From positions 864,001-928,000 of the forward strand of contig CAVQKE010000003.1 in NCBI GenBank assembly GCA_963713045.1: 64,000 bases of DNA, written 5' to 3'. This document shows, in pieces, positions 30,606-39,959 of the stretch. The first letter of the stretch is position 1; every line of letters begins with the position of its first letter. The position numbers and the translations under genes are program-made. A model generated the notes under the pieces. The model was not told the DNA's origin, did no database searches, and worked only from the letters and a program-made list of their open reading frames with translations. The DNA is from an uncultured delta proteobacterium (GTDB lineage: Bacteria; Myxococcota; Myxococcia; Myxococcales; Myxococcaceae).

Positions 30606-31157
30606 CTAGTAGGTCTTTCCCGTGGAGAGATCGAGCTCCGGCGGAGCCTGGCGGTCCGCCTTGATGGCAAGCGTCAATTGGTTTGCGTTGGACTTCCCGT
30701 CCGGGGACGTAAAGAATTCGGTGATGATGACCGAGTCCCGGAGGATTTGGGTCACCTTGCCGCCCTGGCGGCCGATGCGCGTGTTGCGATGTAGGATATA
30801 GCCGCGCCCTTGCGGGTCCTGAACCATGGCCACCGGATTGCTGTCGCCGGACACGACGGCCACCAGCGTCAGCTGATCCAAATCAAACTTGCACAACGGT
30901 TCGTTGCAGGCCGAGTTGCCCAACACCGAGGCCCTTGTCAGGTCGAGGTCCGGGCTTCGAAACGGGTCGCGCTTCCCGATGGGGTTGTAGACGTAGGACG
31001 GACCGGCTGCAGTCGCGGCTGGGGCCGCAGGAGGCGCCGCCTTTGGCGGCTGGGCTGCCTTGGCGGCGCTTGCCGCAGGCTGGCCACCTCCGCAAGCGGC
31101 GAGCACGCTGCCGCCAACTGCGGCCATCAGCCCAAGTCTGGCAAACCGCCGCGTCAC
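30606..31157 (-). CDS. pilP: T4aP lipoprotein PilP
   Basis: Lipobox LAAC; YNPIGKRDPF; GGKVTQI. Confidence 0.93.
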   Translation of the reverse strand: MTRRFARLGLMAAVGGSVLAACGGGQPAASAAKAAQPPKAAPPAAPAATAAGPSYVYNPIGKRDPFRSPDLDLTRASVLGNSACNEPLCKFDLDQLTLVAVVSGDSNPVAMVQDPQGRGYILHRNTRIGRQGGKVTQILRDSVIITEFFTSPDGKSNANQLTLAIKADRQAPPELDLSTGKTY

Positions 31158-31774
31158 TGGATTGCCTTCTTCTTTCCGGCCTTAGCGTCCGCTGCCTTGG
31201 CGGCGTTGGCATCGAGGAAACGAAAGGCGGTGGCGATGAAGTCAGCGCTGAGGACCACCTTTTCCGAGCGAACCTGGGGCGAGGTCAGGCGGATGTTGTT
31301 GACGTTGACGATGCGGCGCATGTTGGCAACTTCCTGGAGGAACAGCGCCACTTCGTTGTAATTGCCGGTGACGGACATCCGGATGGGAATTTTGACGTAG
31401 ATTTGAGCGGGCTGCTCCGTCGTCGGCTCGACGGTGGCAATCTCCAGTCCGCTCTTGCGGCCCACGTCATTGAGGCTGGCCAACAGTCCGTCGACATCGG
31501 CGTCCTCGGGGAGCTCGGAGAGGGCCTCGTCCAGCTTCTGCTGAAGGACGTCCATCTCCCGGCGCCGTTCATTTAGGTTCTGAGCAATCTCCGACTTCTC
31601 CTGGAGCTGAGAGTCCAGAGCACGCTGCCGAGCTTGCTCACTGGTGATGGTGCTCTCCACCGGGCTGACGAAGAACAGGAAATTTGCCAGGGTCAGCAGC
31701 ACCAGGGCCGCAGCCAACCCTCCCCACCGGTAGAGCGGAGGCGCTTTGAGCAGCGTGTCAATCAACTCGTCCAT
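31154..31774 (-). CDS. pilO: T4aP alignment protein PilO
   Basis: TM helix plus coiled coil; ELPEDADV, GNYNEVALF, RIVNV. Confidence 0.93.
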   Translation of the reverse strand: MDELIDTLLKAPPLYRWGGLAAALVLLTLANFLFFVSPVESTITSEQARQRALDSQLQEKSEIAQNLNERRREMDVLQQKLDEALSELPEDADVDGLLASLNDVGRKSGLEIATVEPTTEQPAQIYVKIPIRMSVTGNYNEVALFLQEVANMRRIVNVNNIRLTSPQVRSEKVVLSADFIATAFRFLDANAAKAADAKAGKKKAIQ

Positions 31775-31775
31775 G

Positions 31776-32456
31776 CTAGATGGTGTAGTTGGAAGTGAGA
31801 TTGAGTTCGAAATCCACGAGCTTGGTCGCTCCGGACGTGTCTTTGACTTCTTTCTGCTCGGCCTTCTTCAGGTTGATGTTGGTGAAGAAGTTGGAAACAT
31901 CCTTGGAGGGGAAGTCCTCAATCGCCCCTTCGGCCGCAAGCAGCTCGACGCGAGAAGTTTGGCTGTCCCGCTTTTGGTCCACCAGCCGCCCCATGCCCTT
32001 CGGTGTCCAGACCATGTTCTGAAGTCCGCGCATGAATTCCGAGACGTCGTCCACCGAGGCAGCTTTGCCGTCCACCACCACCGCGTTCTGTTTTTCTTCG
32101 AATTTGGTGAGCCACACCTTCTTCGGGGTGGCCGTCGACAGCGCATCGAGCATCCGGACTGGACCCGTCCGTTGCTTCCGCAAGTCGTTGAGAATCACCA
32201 GCTTCGCCTGGACGTCCTTCTTCCGGGCGTTGATGTTGTTCACCTCGCCGATGACCTTTTCCAATTCGGCGATCCGGGCCTGGGTCGCGGCGATGCGCTG
32301 AGCGTTGCGCCGCTCCTCACCGGCTCGAGCGTCGTACCAAATCCAGTTCGCGACCAGGCCGACGCCGAGAAGCCCAGCGATGACCACCAAGGCCTGGCGC
32401 CCGACCTCGCGCTTTTTCACCTGCCGGACGGGCAGGAGGTTGATGTGAATCATCAT
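31776..32456 (-). CDS. pilN: T4aP alignment protein PilN
   Basis: INLLP motif, TM helix, PKKVWL. Confidence 0.93.
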   Translation of the reverse strand: MMIHINLLPVRQVKKREVGRQALVVIAGLLGVGLVANWIWYDARAGEERRNAQRIAATQARIAELEKVIGEVNNINARKKDVQAKLVILNDLRKQRTGPVRMLDALSTATPKKVWLTKFEEKQNAVVVDGKAASVDDVSEFMRGLQNMVWTPKGMGRLVDQKRDSQTSRVELLAAEGAIEDFPSKDVSNFFTNINLKKAEQKEVKDTSGATKLVDFELNLTSNYTI

Positions 32457-33535
32457 TCGAGCTTGTCCCCGGGGCGGCGCAGCGCGAGGCCCACCGCCAC
32501 CGCAGCCATCGGCGCCACGTCCATCACGAAAGCAGGGTCAAACTTCCGGTTGTCGATCTCGATGTTCTTGAAGGGATTGAGAATTTCGACCGGCACACCG
32601 GTGCGGGCTTCGATGGTCTTGAAGAGCGCCGGAATTTTCGCCGTCCCCCCAGAGAGGTACACCTTGGAGAAGGACGCATCGGCCGCGGTGCCGGCGTAGA
32701 AGTCGAGCGAGCGCTGGATTTCGCCAGCCACCTGCTCGGCGACCGCGGCCATCACCCGCTCCACCTCCTGGGGAACCACTGCATCGGAATCGCCCCGTCC
32801 TCCGCCGATTTTCAGCGCTTCGGCTTCCTCGTAAGACACGTTCAGCTGCTTCTGAATCTCTTCGGTGAATTGGTTGCCGCCAATGGTGACGTCGCGGGTG
32901 AAGACAGTCGCCCCGCGGCTGATGATGTTGATGTTCACCACCGAAGCCCCGGCATTGATGAGGACCACGGTTTCCGAAGCGGGCAAGTCGTAATTCACAC
33001 TGAACATGTTCTGGACAGCGAAGGCATCGACGTCGACCACGACCGGCAGCAGACCCGCCTCAGTGACGACGGTGGTGTAGTCGTTAATCATGTCCTTTTT
33101 GGCTGCGACCAACAGGACATCCATCTGGCCGGTGGCATCGGTGCCTTCCGGTGTAAGGATTTGGGTGTCGATGTGAACGTCCTTCACATCAAACGGAATG
33201 TACTGCTCGGCTTCCCACTGGATGGACTCCTCCAGTTCGTCCTGGCTCATGCGGGGCATGGCAATCTTCTTGATGATGACCGAGTGTCCGCTGACGCCAA
33301 TGGCAACGTCTTTTTGCTTGATGCGGAGCTCGCCGAGCAATTCCTGAACCGCTTGGACGATGGCCGTCGAATTCATCAACGTGTTGTCGACGATGGACTC
33401 CGGCGGGAGGGGTTTCATTCCGAAGTTCTGCAGAGAATAGACAACCAAACCCCGGCGCCGGGTCTCTTTGAGCTGAATCATTTTGACCGAGGTCGACCCG
33501 ATGTCGAGCCCGAGCGCCAGTTTGCCCCGCGCCAT
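32453..33535 (-). CDS. pilM: T4aP actin-like protein PilM
   Basis: GLDIGSTSVK, EAEQYIPF, LSGG, AVGLALR. Confidence 0.96.
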   Translation of the reverse strand: MARGKLALGLDIGSTSVKMIQLKETRRRGLVVYSLQNFGMKPLPPESIVDNTLMNSTAIVQAVQELLGELRIKQKDVAIGVSGHSVIIKKIAMPRMSQDELEESIQWEAEQYIPFDVKDVHIDTQILTPEGTDATGQMDVLLVAAKKDMINDYTTVVTEAGLLPVVVDVDAFAVQNMFSVNYDLPASETVVLINAGASVVNINIISRGATVFTRDVTIGGNQFTEEIQKQLNVSYEEAEALKIGGGRGDSDAVVPQEVERVMAAVAEQVAGEIQRSLDFYAGTAADASFSKVYLSGGTAKIPALFKTIEARTGVPVEILNPFKNIEIDNRKFDPAFVMDVAPMAAVAVGLALRRPGDKLE

Positions 33536-33559
33536 GTCTTCTCCTCGCCGTACAGCGCG

Positions 33560-33784
33560 CTAGCGCCGCTCGGCGTCGTCCTCGAAAAACACCCGCCTGC
33601 GTTCAGCCACGTTCATCCCCAGTGCCAAAATGATTTTCCGCTTGGTATCCACGCGGCAGGCGCTGCCGCGTTCCACGCGGTCGATGGTGAGCACCGAGAC
33701 GCCGGCGCGCCGAGCCAACTCGGCTTTGGAGAGCAACTGCTCCTCCCGCAGGCGCTGCACGGCGTTCTTGAGTCGTTGGCCCAT
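33560..33784 (-). CDS. Small XRE-family helix-turn-helix protein
   Basis: LREEQLLSKAELARRAGVSVLTIDRVERG is a Cro/C1-type HTH. Confidence 0.85.
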   Translation of the reverse strand: MGQRLKNAVQRLREEQLLSKAELARRAGVSVLTIDRVERGSACRVDTKRKIILALGMNVAERRRVFFEDDAERR

Positions 33785-33836
33785 GCCCTTCCATTCGAGA
33801 CCGGCTCGCCCCAGACGCCTTCTCGGCAGTGCGGCG

Positions 33837-33866
33837 AGTATCCCCGCGCCTCTGCCACTCCGTCAA
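33837..33866 (-). promoter_or_regulatory. Putative sigma70/SigA promoter for XRE-pilMNOPQ
   Basis: Minus-strand TTGACG-N18-GATACT. Confidence 0.5.
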
Positions 33867-33895
33867 ATCCACGGTTGATCTCACTGCGTCGACAA

Positions 33896-33919
33896 TGACA
33901 TGTCTTTGATATGTCAAAG
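33896..33919. promoter_or_regulatory. Tandem palindromic operator-like site upstream of the pilM operon
   Basis: TGACATGTC and TGATATGTCA repeated 11 bp apart; CTTTGA-TATG-TCAAAG inverted repeat; AT-rich patch. Confidence 0.5.
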
Positions 33920-33971
33920 CGCCACCGGAAGTGTGTGGGTCCAGCTCGCCCACCCACCACTGGTGCCCCAC

Positions 33972-35408
33972 TCAGCCACGCTCGGCCTCCGAGTCCGGAT
34001 CGACCCCGTACTCCTTCACTTTGTAGAGGAGTGCGCGGTGGCTGATTTTGAGGAGTTCGGCGGCGCGGGTGCGGTTGCCGCGTGTCTGCCGGAGGGCTGC
34101 ACGGATGAAGGCCTCCTCCAATTCACGCGTCGCTCGCTTCAGCGATAGGTCGCGGAACAATCCCGGGGCCAGCGCCTCCGCGTCCTCACCGCCGGTCGGT
34201 CCAGCCAGCCCCGCGCCGGGCTTCGGACCCCACAGCTTCTCGGGAAGGCTCTCCGGGAAAACGACGGGCCCTTCGGACAGGAGCACCGCCCGCTCAATGG
34301 CGTTTTCCAGCTCCCGGACGTTGCCCGGCCAGTCGTAGGCAGTGAGCAGCACTTCGGCGTCTGGACTGAAGCCGGTGACCGGCGCATCTCGGTTGAGCTC
34401 TCGGTTGAAGCGCTCGACAAAGGCCCGGGCCAACAGCAGGACGTCGTCGCGGCGCTCCCGCAAGGGCGGCACTGGCAAGTTGACGACGTGCAGCCGGTAA
34501 AAGAGGTCCTCTCGGAATTCGCTCCGCTCCACCAACTTGGCGAGGTCGCGGTGTGTGGCGGCGAGAACGCGGACATCCACTTTTTCGGCACGGTTCTCAC
34601 CCACCGGCCGAATCTCGCCCTCCTGCAAAAAGCGGAGGAGCTTGGTTTGCGCGGCCGCGGGCAGCTCGCCCACCTCGTCCAAAAGCAACGTTCCGCCGTC
34701 CGCCTCGGTGAACAGACCGCGCTTCGACGTTCGGGCGTCGGTGAAAGCACCTCGCGCGTGTCCGAAGAGCTCGGATTCGATGAGGCCAGCTGGGATGGCT
34801 CCGCAGTTGACAGCGACAAAGGGCATGGCCGAGCGGGGACTGAGCTCGTGAATGGCCCGCGCTACCAGTTCCTTTCCGGTGCCGCTCTCACCGGTGATGA
34901 GAACGGTGGTCGAAACTGGTGCGACTTTGCCAATCTGGCGCTGAAGAAGTTTTACCGCTTCGGAGCCACCCAGGATTCGCTCCAGCGCGCGTTCCCCTGC
35001 ACCCCCTCCACGGAGGCGCTGGTTTTCCGCCAGGAGGCGTCGCCGTTCCTCCGCTTTGCGGAGAACGAGCACCATTTCCTCGGGCTTGAACGGCTTGGCG
35101 ACATAGTCATAGGCGCCCTGGGTGACGGCCTCGAGAGCTGCATCCGGGGCGCCGTAGGCGCTCATCACCACGAAGGTGATTTCTGGATGCGCTGCGAGCG
35201 TGCGTTTGAGGAGCGAGAGCCCGTCGACGCCCGGCATTCGAATGTCCGAGATGACAGCGTCGTAGGGACGAGCGCCGAGCTCGGCCAGCGCCTCCTCGCC
35301 GTTCGACACCGCCCGCACGTCGAATCCCCGCTGCGTGAGCACCAGCGTCAGGACGTGGCGAATCGATGCCTCGTCATCGGCAACGAGGATGGTGCGTATG
35401 GCGGGCAT
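33972..35408 (-). CDS. pilR2: Sigma54-dependent NtrC-family response regulator PilR2
   Basis: Receiver domain, GESGTGKE, GAFTDA, Fis-type HTH; lies after pilD-pilS2. Confidence 0.85.
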   Translation of the reverse strand: MPAIRTILVADDEASIRHVLTLVLTQRGFDVRAVSNGEEALAELGARPYDAVISDIRMPGVDGLSLLKRTLAAHPEITFVVMSAYGAPDAALEAVTQGAYDYVAKPFKPEEMVLVLRKAEERRRLLAENQRLRGGGAGERALERILGGSEAVKLLQRQIGKVAPVSTTVLITGESGTGKELVARAIHELSPRSAMPFVAVNCGAIPAGLIESELFGHARGAFTDARTSKRGLFTEADGGTLLLDEVGELPAAAQTKLLRFLQEGEIRPVGENRAEKVDVRVLAATHRDLAKLVERSEFREDLFYRLHVVNLPVPPLRERRDDVLLLARAFVERFNRELNRDAPVTGFSPDAEVLLTAYDWPGNVRELENAIERAVLLSEGPVVFPESLPEKLWGPKPGAGLAGPTGGEDAEALAPGLFRDLSLKRATRELEEAFIRAALRQTRGNRTRAAELLKISHRALLYKVKEYGVDPDSEAERG

Positions 35409-35533
35409 CCCTTGGGGTCTCCCATTCTCCCTCAGAACGCCGGTTGGGGAAGACGCCCCGCCGCTCGGCGGCGAAACAATAGAGGGACGGTAAATTTCCA
35501 GCGCTTGACGGCCTGCGGCAAGGCCAGTCGACG

Positions 35534-36661
35534 TCAGGCCCGAGGCAACCGGACGCTGAAGCAGCTTCCACCGCCAGGGGCGTCCCCGGCGTCCAGGGTC
35601 CCACCCATGGCCCGGACGAGACTCAGGCTGATGGCTAAGCCCAGCCCAGTTCCCTTCCCGCCTGGCTTGGTGGTGAAGAAGGGCTCGAAGAGACGAGGTC
35701 GGACTTCCTTCGGGATTCCCGGGCCGCTGTCGAGAATGTCGATCCGGACTTGCGCCTCCTGCTCGGCGTCGGCCGCCAGGCGCACCAAACCGCGCGAGGG
35801 CACTGCTTGGGCGGCGTTGAGCAGCAGGTTGATGAGCACCTGACTGAGCGGACCGGCATCCGCCAGCACGGCCAAGCCGGGGACGACGTGGACGCTCAGC
35901 CGCACTCCCTGGAAATCTGGACCGGCGGCCAACAAGCGCACGGCGGTCTCGACCAGGGGTGCCACTTCTAGCCGCGTCAGCGTTGGCCGAGCGGGGCGAC
36001 CCAAATCCAAGAGCCCGCGGACAATTCCGTTGATGCGATGCACTTCAGTTTCGATGCGGTCTGCATAGTCGCGCGTCTCAGCCGAGACTCCCGGTTGGCC
36101 GCGCAGCAAGCTGAGGTATCCAAGGATGCCGGAGAGCGGGTTGCCCACCTCGTGGGCGACCCCAGCCGCGAGCCGCCCAACCGTTGCTAGCCGCTCGGCA
36201 GACACCAGTTCCTCCTGAGCGCGGGTAATGTGTTGGTTGGCCCGTCGGAGGTCCTCCAGTTGTTGGTGCGTGACCGAACGCTCCGCCTGCAGGGCCGACG
36301 CTGTCCGCCGAAGCGACGTCTCGACGCGAGAAAGGAGCGGGCCGCCCGAGCCGCGCGGGCCGAGCTCCAGTTCCAGCCGCTCGAGCTGCCCCAACTCGGC
36401 TTCGAGTCGCTGCACCGGACGGGCGATGGCGAGCCAGAGGATGGCGTAGGCAGCTAAGCCCACCAACAGAAGGTCGAGCAACAGCAGCCATGGAAGCGCC
36501 TCGCTCGCGCCCGCCCGCACCAAGGCCGGCGCGCTGCCTGGCGGTGTCGCCCGTCGCAGCGCCTCCAGCAGCCCAGCGAGCACTGGCTGAAAGGAGAGCC
36601 ACGTCAGCCCAGTGGCGAGCACCGCCACGAGAAAGACAATGGCGGCCAAGCGGAGCTTCAT
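35534..36661 (-). CDS. pilS2: Sensor histidine kinase PilS2
   Basis: Two TM helices, H-box AHEVGNP, N-box NLLLNA, G-boxes DSGPGI and GTGLGL. Confidence 0.85.
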   Translation of the reverse strand: MKLRLAAIVFLVAVLATGLTWLSFQPVLAGLLEALRRATPPGSAPALVRAGASEALPWLLLLDLLLVGLAAYAILWLAIARPVQRLEAELGQLERLELELGPRGSGGPLLSRVETSLRRTASALQAERSVTHQQLEDLRRANQHITRAQEELVSAERLATVGRLAAGVAHEVGNPLSGILGYLSLLRGQPGVSAETRDYADRIETEVHRINGIVRGLLDLGRPARPTLTRLEVAPLVETAVRLLAAGPDFQGVRLSVHVVPGLAVLADAGPLSQVLINLLLNAAQAVPSRGLVRLAADAEQEAQVRIDILDSGPGIPKEVRPRLFEPFFTTKPGGKGTGLGLAISLSLVRAMGGTLDAGDAPGGGSCFSVRLPRA

Positions 36662-37593
36662 CCGGACAGACCTCCGGTGAGCAATCTTGCCAGCGACGCA
36701 GGAAGAAGCTGGTCCAACAACGGCCCGAGAAGCAGCAGCTCCAGTCCGCTGAGGGCGAGCCAGGGGCCGAAGGGAAGATGCGTCGGTCCCGGGGTAAAGT
36801 CGTCTTCCTCACCAGGGGGCCCCTCGGCCTCGGCCGCGCTCTCGGCGTTCCCTTCCGGCGGCCCGAGCTCCGCTGCCATCGTCCCGGCGGTAGCGGCCGG
36901 AGCCGGCGAAGGACCAGCCCGGCCCCGGACGAGCAGCAGAGCGCTTCCCACCAGAGCTCCCTGCACGTTGCTGAGCAGCACCAAACCGAATAATGGCCGC
37001 CAGCCAAGAAAGGCGCCGAGCAGCGCTGCCAGCCACTTATCCCCAGCGCCGAGGCCCTCCTTCCGAAGGACCCAGCGGGCCGCCACTTCGATTGCCCAGA
37101 AGAAGAGAAAGGCCGCCAGCGCACCGACCACTGAGTCCCGGAGGGCAACCCAGCCCAAACCGGAGGCGGAGCAAACCCCAACAGCGAGCCCGGAAAGCGT
37201 CAGCTCGAACGGGAGCAGCCAGTGCTCGAGGTCGATGAAGGCGAGCGGGATGAGAAAGCCCACCAGGAGCCAGCCGCGCACCAGGCTCCAGGAAGCGCCA
37301 AAGCGCAGCCAGCATGCGAGGAAGAGGCAGCCAGTGAGAGCCTCGACTGCCGGGTAGCGCGCCGAGATTGGCGCTCCGCAGGCGCGGCACCGGGCACCGA
37401 GACACAGCCAGGAAACGAGTGGAACGTTTTCAAACCAAGCCAGGGCATGCCCGCATCGCGGGCATCGCGAGCCCGGACGGACGATGGATTGGTGCGTCGG
37501 AAGCCGGGCGATGACGACGTTGAGGAAGCTCCCCACGACAAGCCCGAGCACGAAACAGAAGGCCGCTAGCCAGAGACTGGGAAGGTTAGCCAT
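36658..37593 (-). CDS. pilD: Prepilin peptidase/N-methyltransferase
   Basis: GSFLNVVIARLP, two CxxC motifs, FIDLE, GAGD, PFGPWL. Confidence 0.95.
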   Translation of the reverse strand: MANLPSLWLAAFCFVLGLVVGSFLNVVIARLPTHQSIVRPGSRCPRCGHALAWFENVPLVSWLCLGARCRACGAPISARYPAVEALTGCLFLACWLRFGASWSLVRGWLLVGFLIPLAFIDLEHWLLPFELTLSGLAVGVCSASGLGWVALRDSVVGALAAFLFFWAIEVAARWVLRKEGLGAGDKWLAALLGAFLGWRPLFGLVLLSNVQGALVGSALLLVRGRAGPSPAPAATAGTMAAELGPPEGNAESAAEAEGPPGEEDDFTPGPTHLPFGPWLALSGLELLLLGPLLDQLLPASLARLLTGGLSG

Positions 37594-38054
37594 TCGCGAA
37601 AAGAGGCACCGTGCCGCTCCGGCGGTCCGGTGTCCCGCCCCTTCTTAAATTGCGGGTGAGGCGCTCCGCAGACGCTCGACCGGGTCCAAGCTTCGAAGTC
37701 ACCCTGAGGGCCGGTAACGCCTTGAGAAGGACAAATTCATCAGCCAAGCGTTGCCCCCACCCCATCGAGACGAACCGGTCAGAGGGCCCATTCGGTGTTG
37801 CGTCTGTTCCTTCGCGATTGGCCACGTGTTGCGAGCCTACTCTGGCACGGCACCGCTCGTGTCCGGCTGGCGGGTCCAGCATCGCCTCAGCTGGAGGTCC
37901 GCGGCGCCGACCTTCGGGGCGAAGGCGCTCGCCCTGGTGCGACGGCATGAAGCAAGCACGCGCCAGCCGGCGCAGCCCACAGCGGGGAGTCTCTTTTGCA
38001 GGTCGGATTGGACGGACGGGCTGGCGGAACGAGGTGTGCGCCTGAAGTACCTTG

Positions 38055-38106
38055 GACCCCTGGGTCAGCGGCGCGTTTGGGCCCGCCAACTGACAAATTT
38101 GGGCGG
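38055..38106. promoter_or_regulatory. Candidate PilR enhancer sites upstream of pilA
   Basis: GACCC-CT-GGGTC palindrome (38055-38066) and a related TGACAAATTTGGGC (from 38091), about -124 and -88 from the inferred sigma54 start. Confidence 0.4.
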
Positions 38107-38159
38107 TCCGACGCGGCCAGTGACGGTCTAACTAGGCGGAAGGATTGGAGGCCGAAACC

Positions 38160-38175
38160 TGGCACGGCCACTGCT
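38160..38175 (+). promoter_or_regulatory. Sigma54 (-24/-12) promoter of pilA
   Basis: TGGCACG-GCCA-CTGCT with exact GG-N10-GC spacing; pilA is sigma54/PilR-dependent in M. xanthus. Confidence 0.85.
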
Positions 38176-38244
38176 ACTCCCCCGAGAGTCGCGGGAGGTT
38201 GCCTTCCGCGGTCTTCCCACCGACAACCCAAACAGGAGCAGTTC

Positions 38245-38889
38245 ATGACCCGTCGTATCCTCAAGCGCGGCTTCACTCTCATCGAGCTGATGATTGTGGT
38301 CGCGATTATCGGCATCCTTGCAGCTATCGCCATCCCCAACTTCATCCGGTTCCAAGCCAAGTCCAAGCAGAGCGAGGCCAAGAACAACCTCAAGGCGGTT
38401 TTCACTGCCGAGCGGTCGCAGTTTCAGGAATTTGACCAGTACCTGACGACGGTCGGCGTTCTGGGCTTCAATCCTGAGCGTGGCAATCGTTACTACTATG
38501 AGCTCGGAGCTGGGGCCGCGGTCACCAGCCGCGCTGGCGTCACGCAGGTTTCGACCCCGGCCGACACAGGTATCTCGGTCGATACCTTCAAATTCAACAC
38601 CATGGTACCCACCCCCGCAGCCTCCGCGTTTGCTCCGGGTGCTTGGGCTGCAAACGAAGGCACTGCTCCCGCCGTCACGCCAGGCCTTGGCCCGGGCGCT
38701 GCCCTCTGCCCGAACTGCAACTTCCTCGCCTTCGCGACGGGTAACATCGACAATGACGCCAACATCGACCACTGGGTGATTGCCAGCATCGACTTCGGGC
38801 CGACCGCGCCTGCGTGCGGCGACCCGACGCAGAGCACCGGCCCGGCTGGTTCGCCGTGGAATAACTACGACGACGTGAACTGCCCGTAA
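38245..38889 (+). CDS. pilA: Major type IVa pilin PilA (large pilin, 205 aa mature)
   Basis: AGGAG RBS; MTRRILKRG|FTLIELMIVVAIIGILAAIAIPNF class III signal with E5; GFNPERGNRY and GNIDND motifs. Confidence 0.96.
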   Translation: MTRRILKRGFTLIELMIVVAIIGILAAIAIPNFIRFQAKSKQSEAKNNLKAVFTAERSQFQEFDQYLTTVGVLGFNPERGNRYYYELGAGAAVTSRAGVTQVSTPADTGISVDTFKFNTMVPTPAASAFAPGAWAANEGTAPAVTPGLGPGAALCPNCNFLAFATGNIDNDANIDHWVIASIDFGPTAPACGDPTQSTGPAGSPWNNYDDVNCP

Positions 38890-38912
38890 CCCGGATTTAG
38901 AACAGACGTTGC

Positions 38913-38957
38913 ACCAGAAGGCGGTCGGAGTGTTTCTCCGGCCGCCTTTCGGTCTTT
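38913..38957 (+). terminator. Strong hairpin after pilA (terminator or mRNA-stabilising attenuator)
   Basis: AAGGCGGTCGGAG-tgttt-CTCCGGCCGCCTT stem followed by short T runs. Confidence 0.7.
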
Positions 38958-39077
38958 GAAGGGCGGGAGAAAGCCAGTCAAGCTGGCGAGGACCTCAGAC
39001 AGGAACGGCCGGAGACGTCGGAACTTTTTCTTGCGCCGCCGTTTCCTGCGGGCTCTGCTTCGGCATTCTAACGAACT

Positions 39078-39959
39078 ATGTCGCGTTTTCTCTCCCTGGG
39101 AATCTTGGTCGTTGCGCTGGTGGTGGTCTTGCGCACACTGACGCCGCCGGAAAAAACCTCGGCAGGTCAGCCGCACGAACCGCCGCTACTTCCGAGAGCC
39201 TCTTTGCTGCGGATCGCCGGCCGGGCGTTCCTGCCGTTGGTCGCCGACTACTACTGGCTGGCGGCCATCCAGGCCACGGGCAAGGCGAACACCGAAGCCG
39301 AATACCGGGATGTTGCCGACTACGCGCAGTTGATTACCGACCTCGATCCAGACTTTGCCTACGTCTACCAGTTTGCCGGTGTGGTGGTGCCCTTCAACCG
39401 CGGCCGGGAGACGTGGATGAATACTCGGGAGTCGACGGCCATTCTGGAGAAAGGCGTCGCTCGTTTCCCCAAGGCGCCCTTTCTCCGGACCCTCCTCGCG
39501 TACAATTTGAGCGTTTTTCACAAGGAATACGCGCGGGCAGCGCAAATGCTCCAGGAAGCCGCACTCCTTCCCGGTGCGCCCGGTTACCTTCCGCTGCTGG
39601 CGACGCGCCTCTACGCGCAAGCCGGTGCCTTCGAGGCAGCGAGCGCCTTCGCCAACCAGTTCGCGGCTTCTGCCGAGGACCCCGGCACGCGAGCAGCCTT
39701 TCAGCGCCGCACCAAAGAGATTGAGCTAGAGCGGATTCTCCAGACCCTCGACGGGAAAGTCGCTGCATTCCGTGAGCGCACCGGACGGCTTCCTGAGGGG
39801 CTGAAGGAGCTCGTCTCCTCAGGGGACTTGGCCGCCATCCCCGATGACCCGCTGGAGGGGGAAATCTACCTCGGCACCGATGGACGCACCTATTCGACTT
39901 CGCAATCGCATCGCCTCGAGGTTTACAAACCTCCGATTAAGGAAATTTCACCAAAATGA
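39078..39959 (+). CDS. pilG: PilG, TPR-like membrane-anchored pilus accessory protein
   Basis: ADYYWL, TDLDPDF, LEKG..RFP, YLPLLATRL, and a pilin-like tail (GRLP..LKELV...IPDDP); follows pilA. Confidence 0.85.
   Translation: MSRFLSLGILVVALVVVLRTLTPPEKTSAGQPHEPPLLPRASLLRIAGRAFLPLVADYYWLAAIQATGKANTEAEYRDVADYAQLITDLDPDFAYVYQFAGVVVPFNRGRETWMNTRESTAILEKGVARFPKAPFLRTLLAYNLSVFHKEYARAAQMLQEAALLPGAPGYLPLLATRLYAQAGAFEAASAFANQFAASAEDPGTRAAFQRRTKEIELERILQTLDGKVAAFRERTGRLPEGLKELVSSGDLAAIPDDPLEGEIYLGTDGRTYSTSQSHRLEVYKPPIKEISPK

Noticed and set aside
37996..38244. N-terminal extension of the pilA ORF, and similar extensions of efp, sgmX, tamB, alaS and trmB
   Set aside because: RBS, promoter position and family N-termini support the downstream starts.
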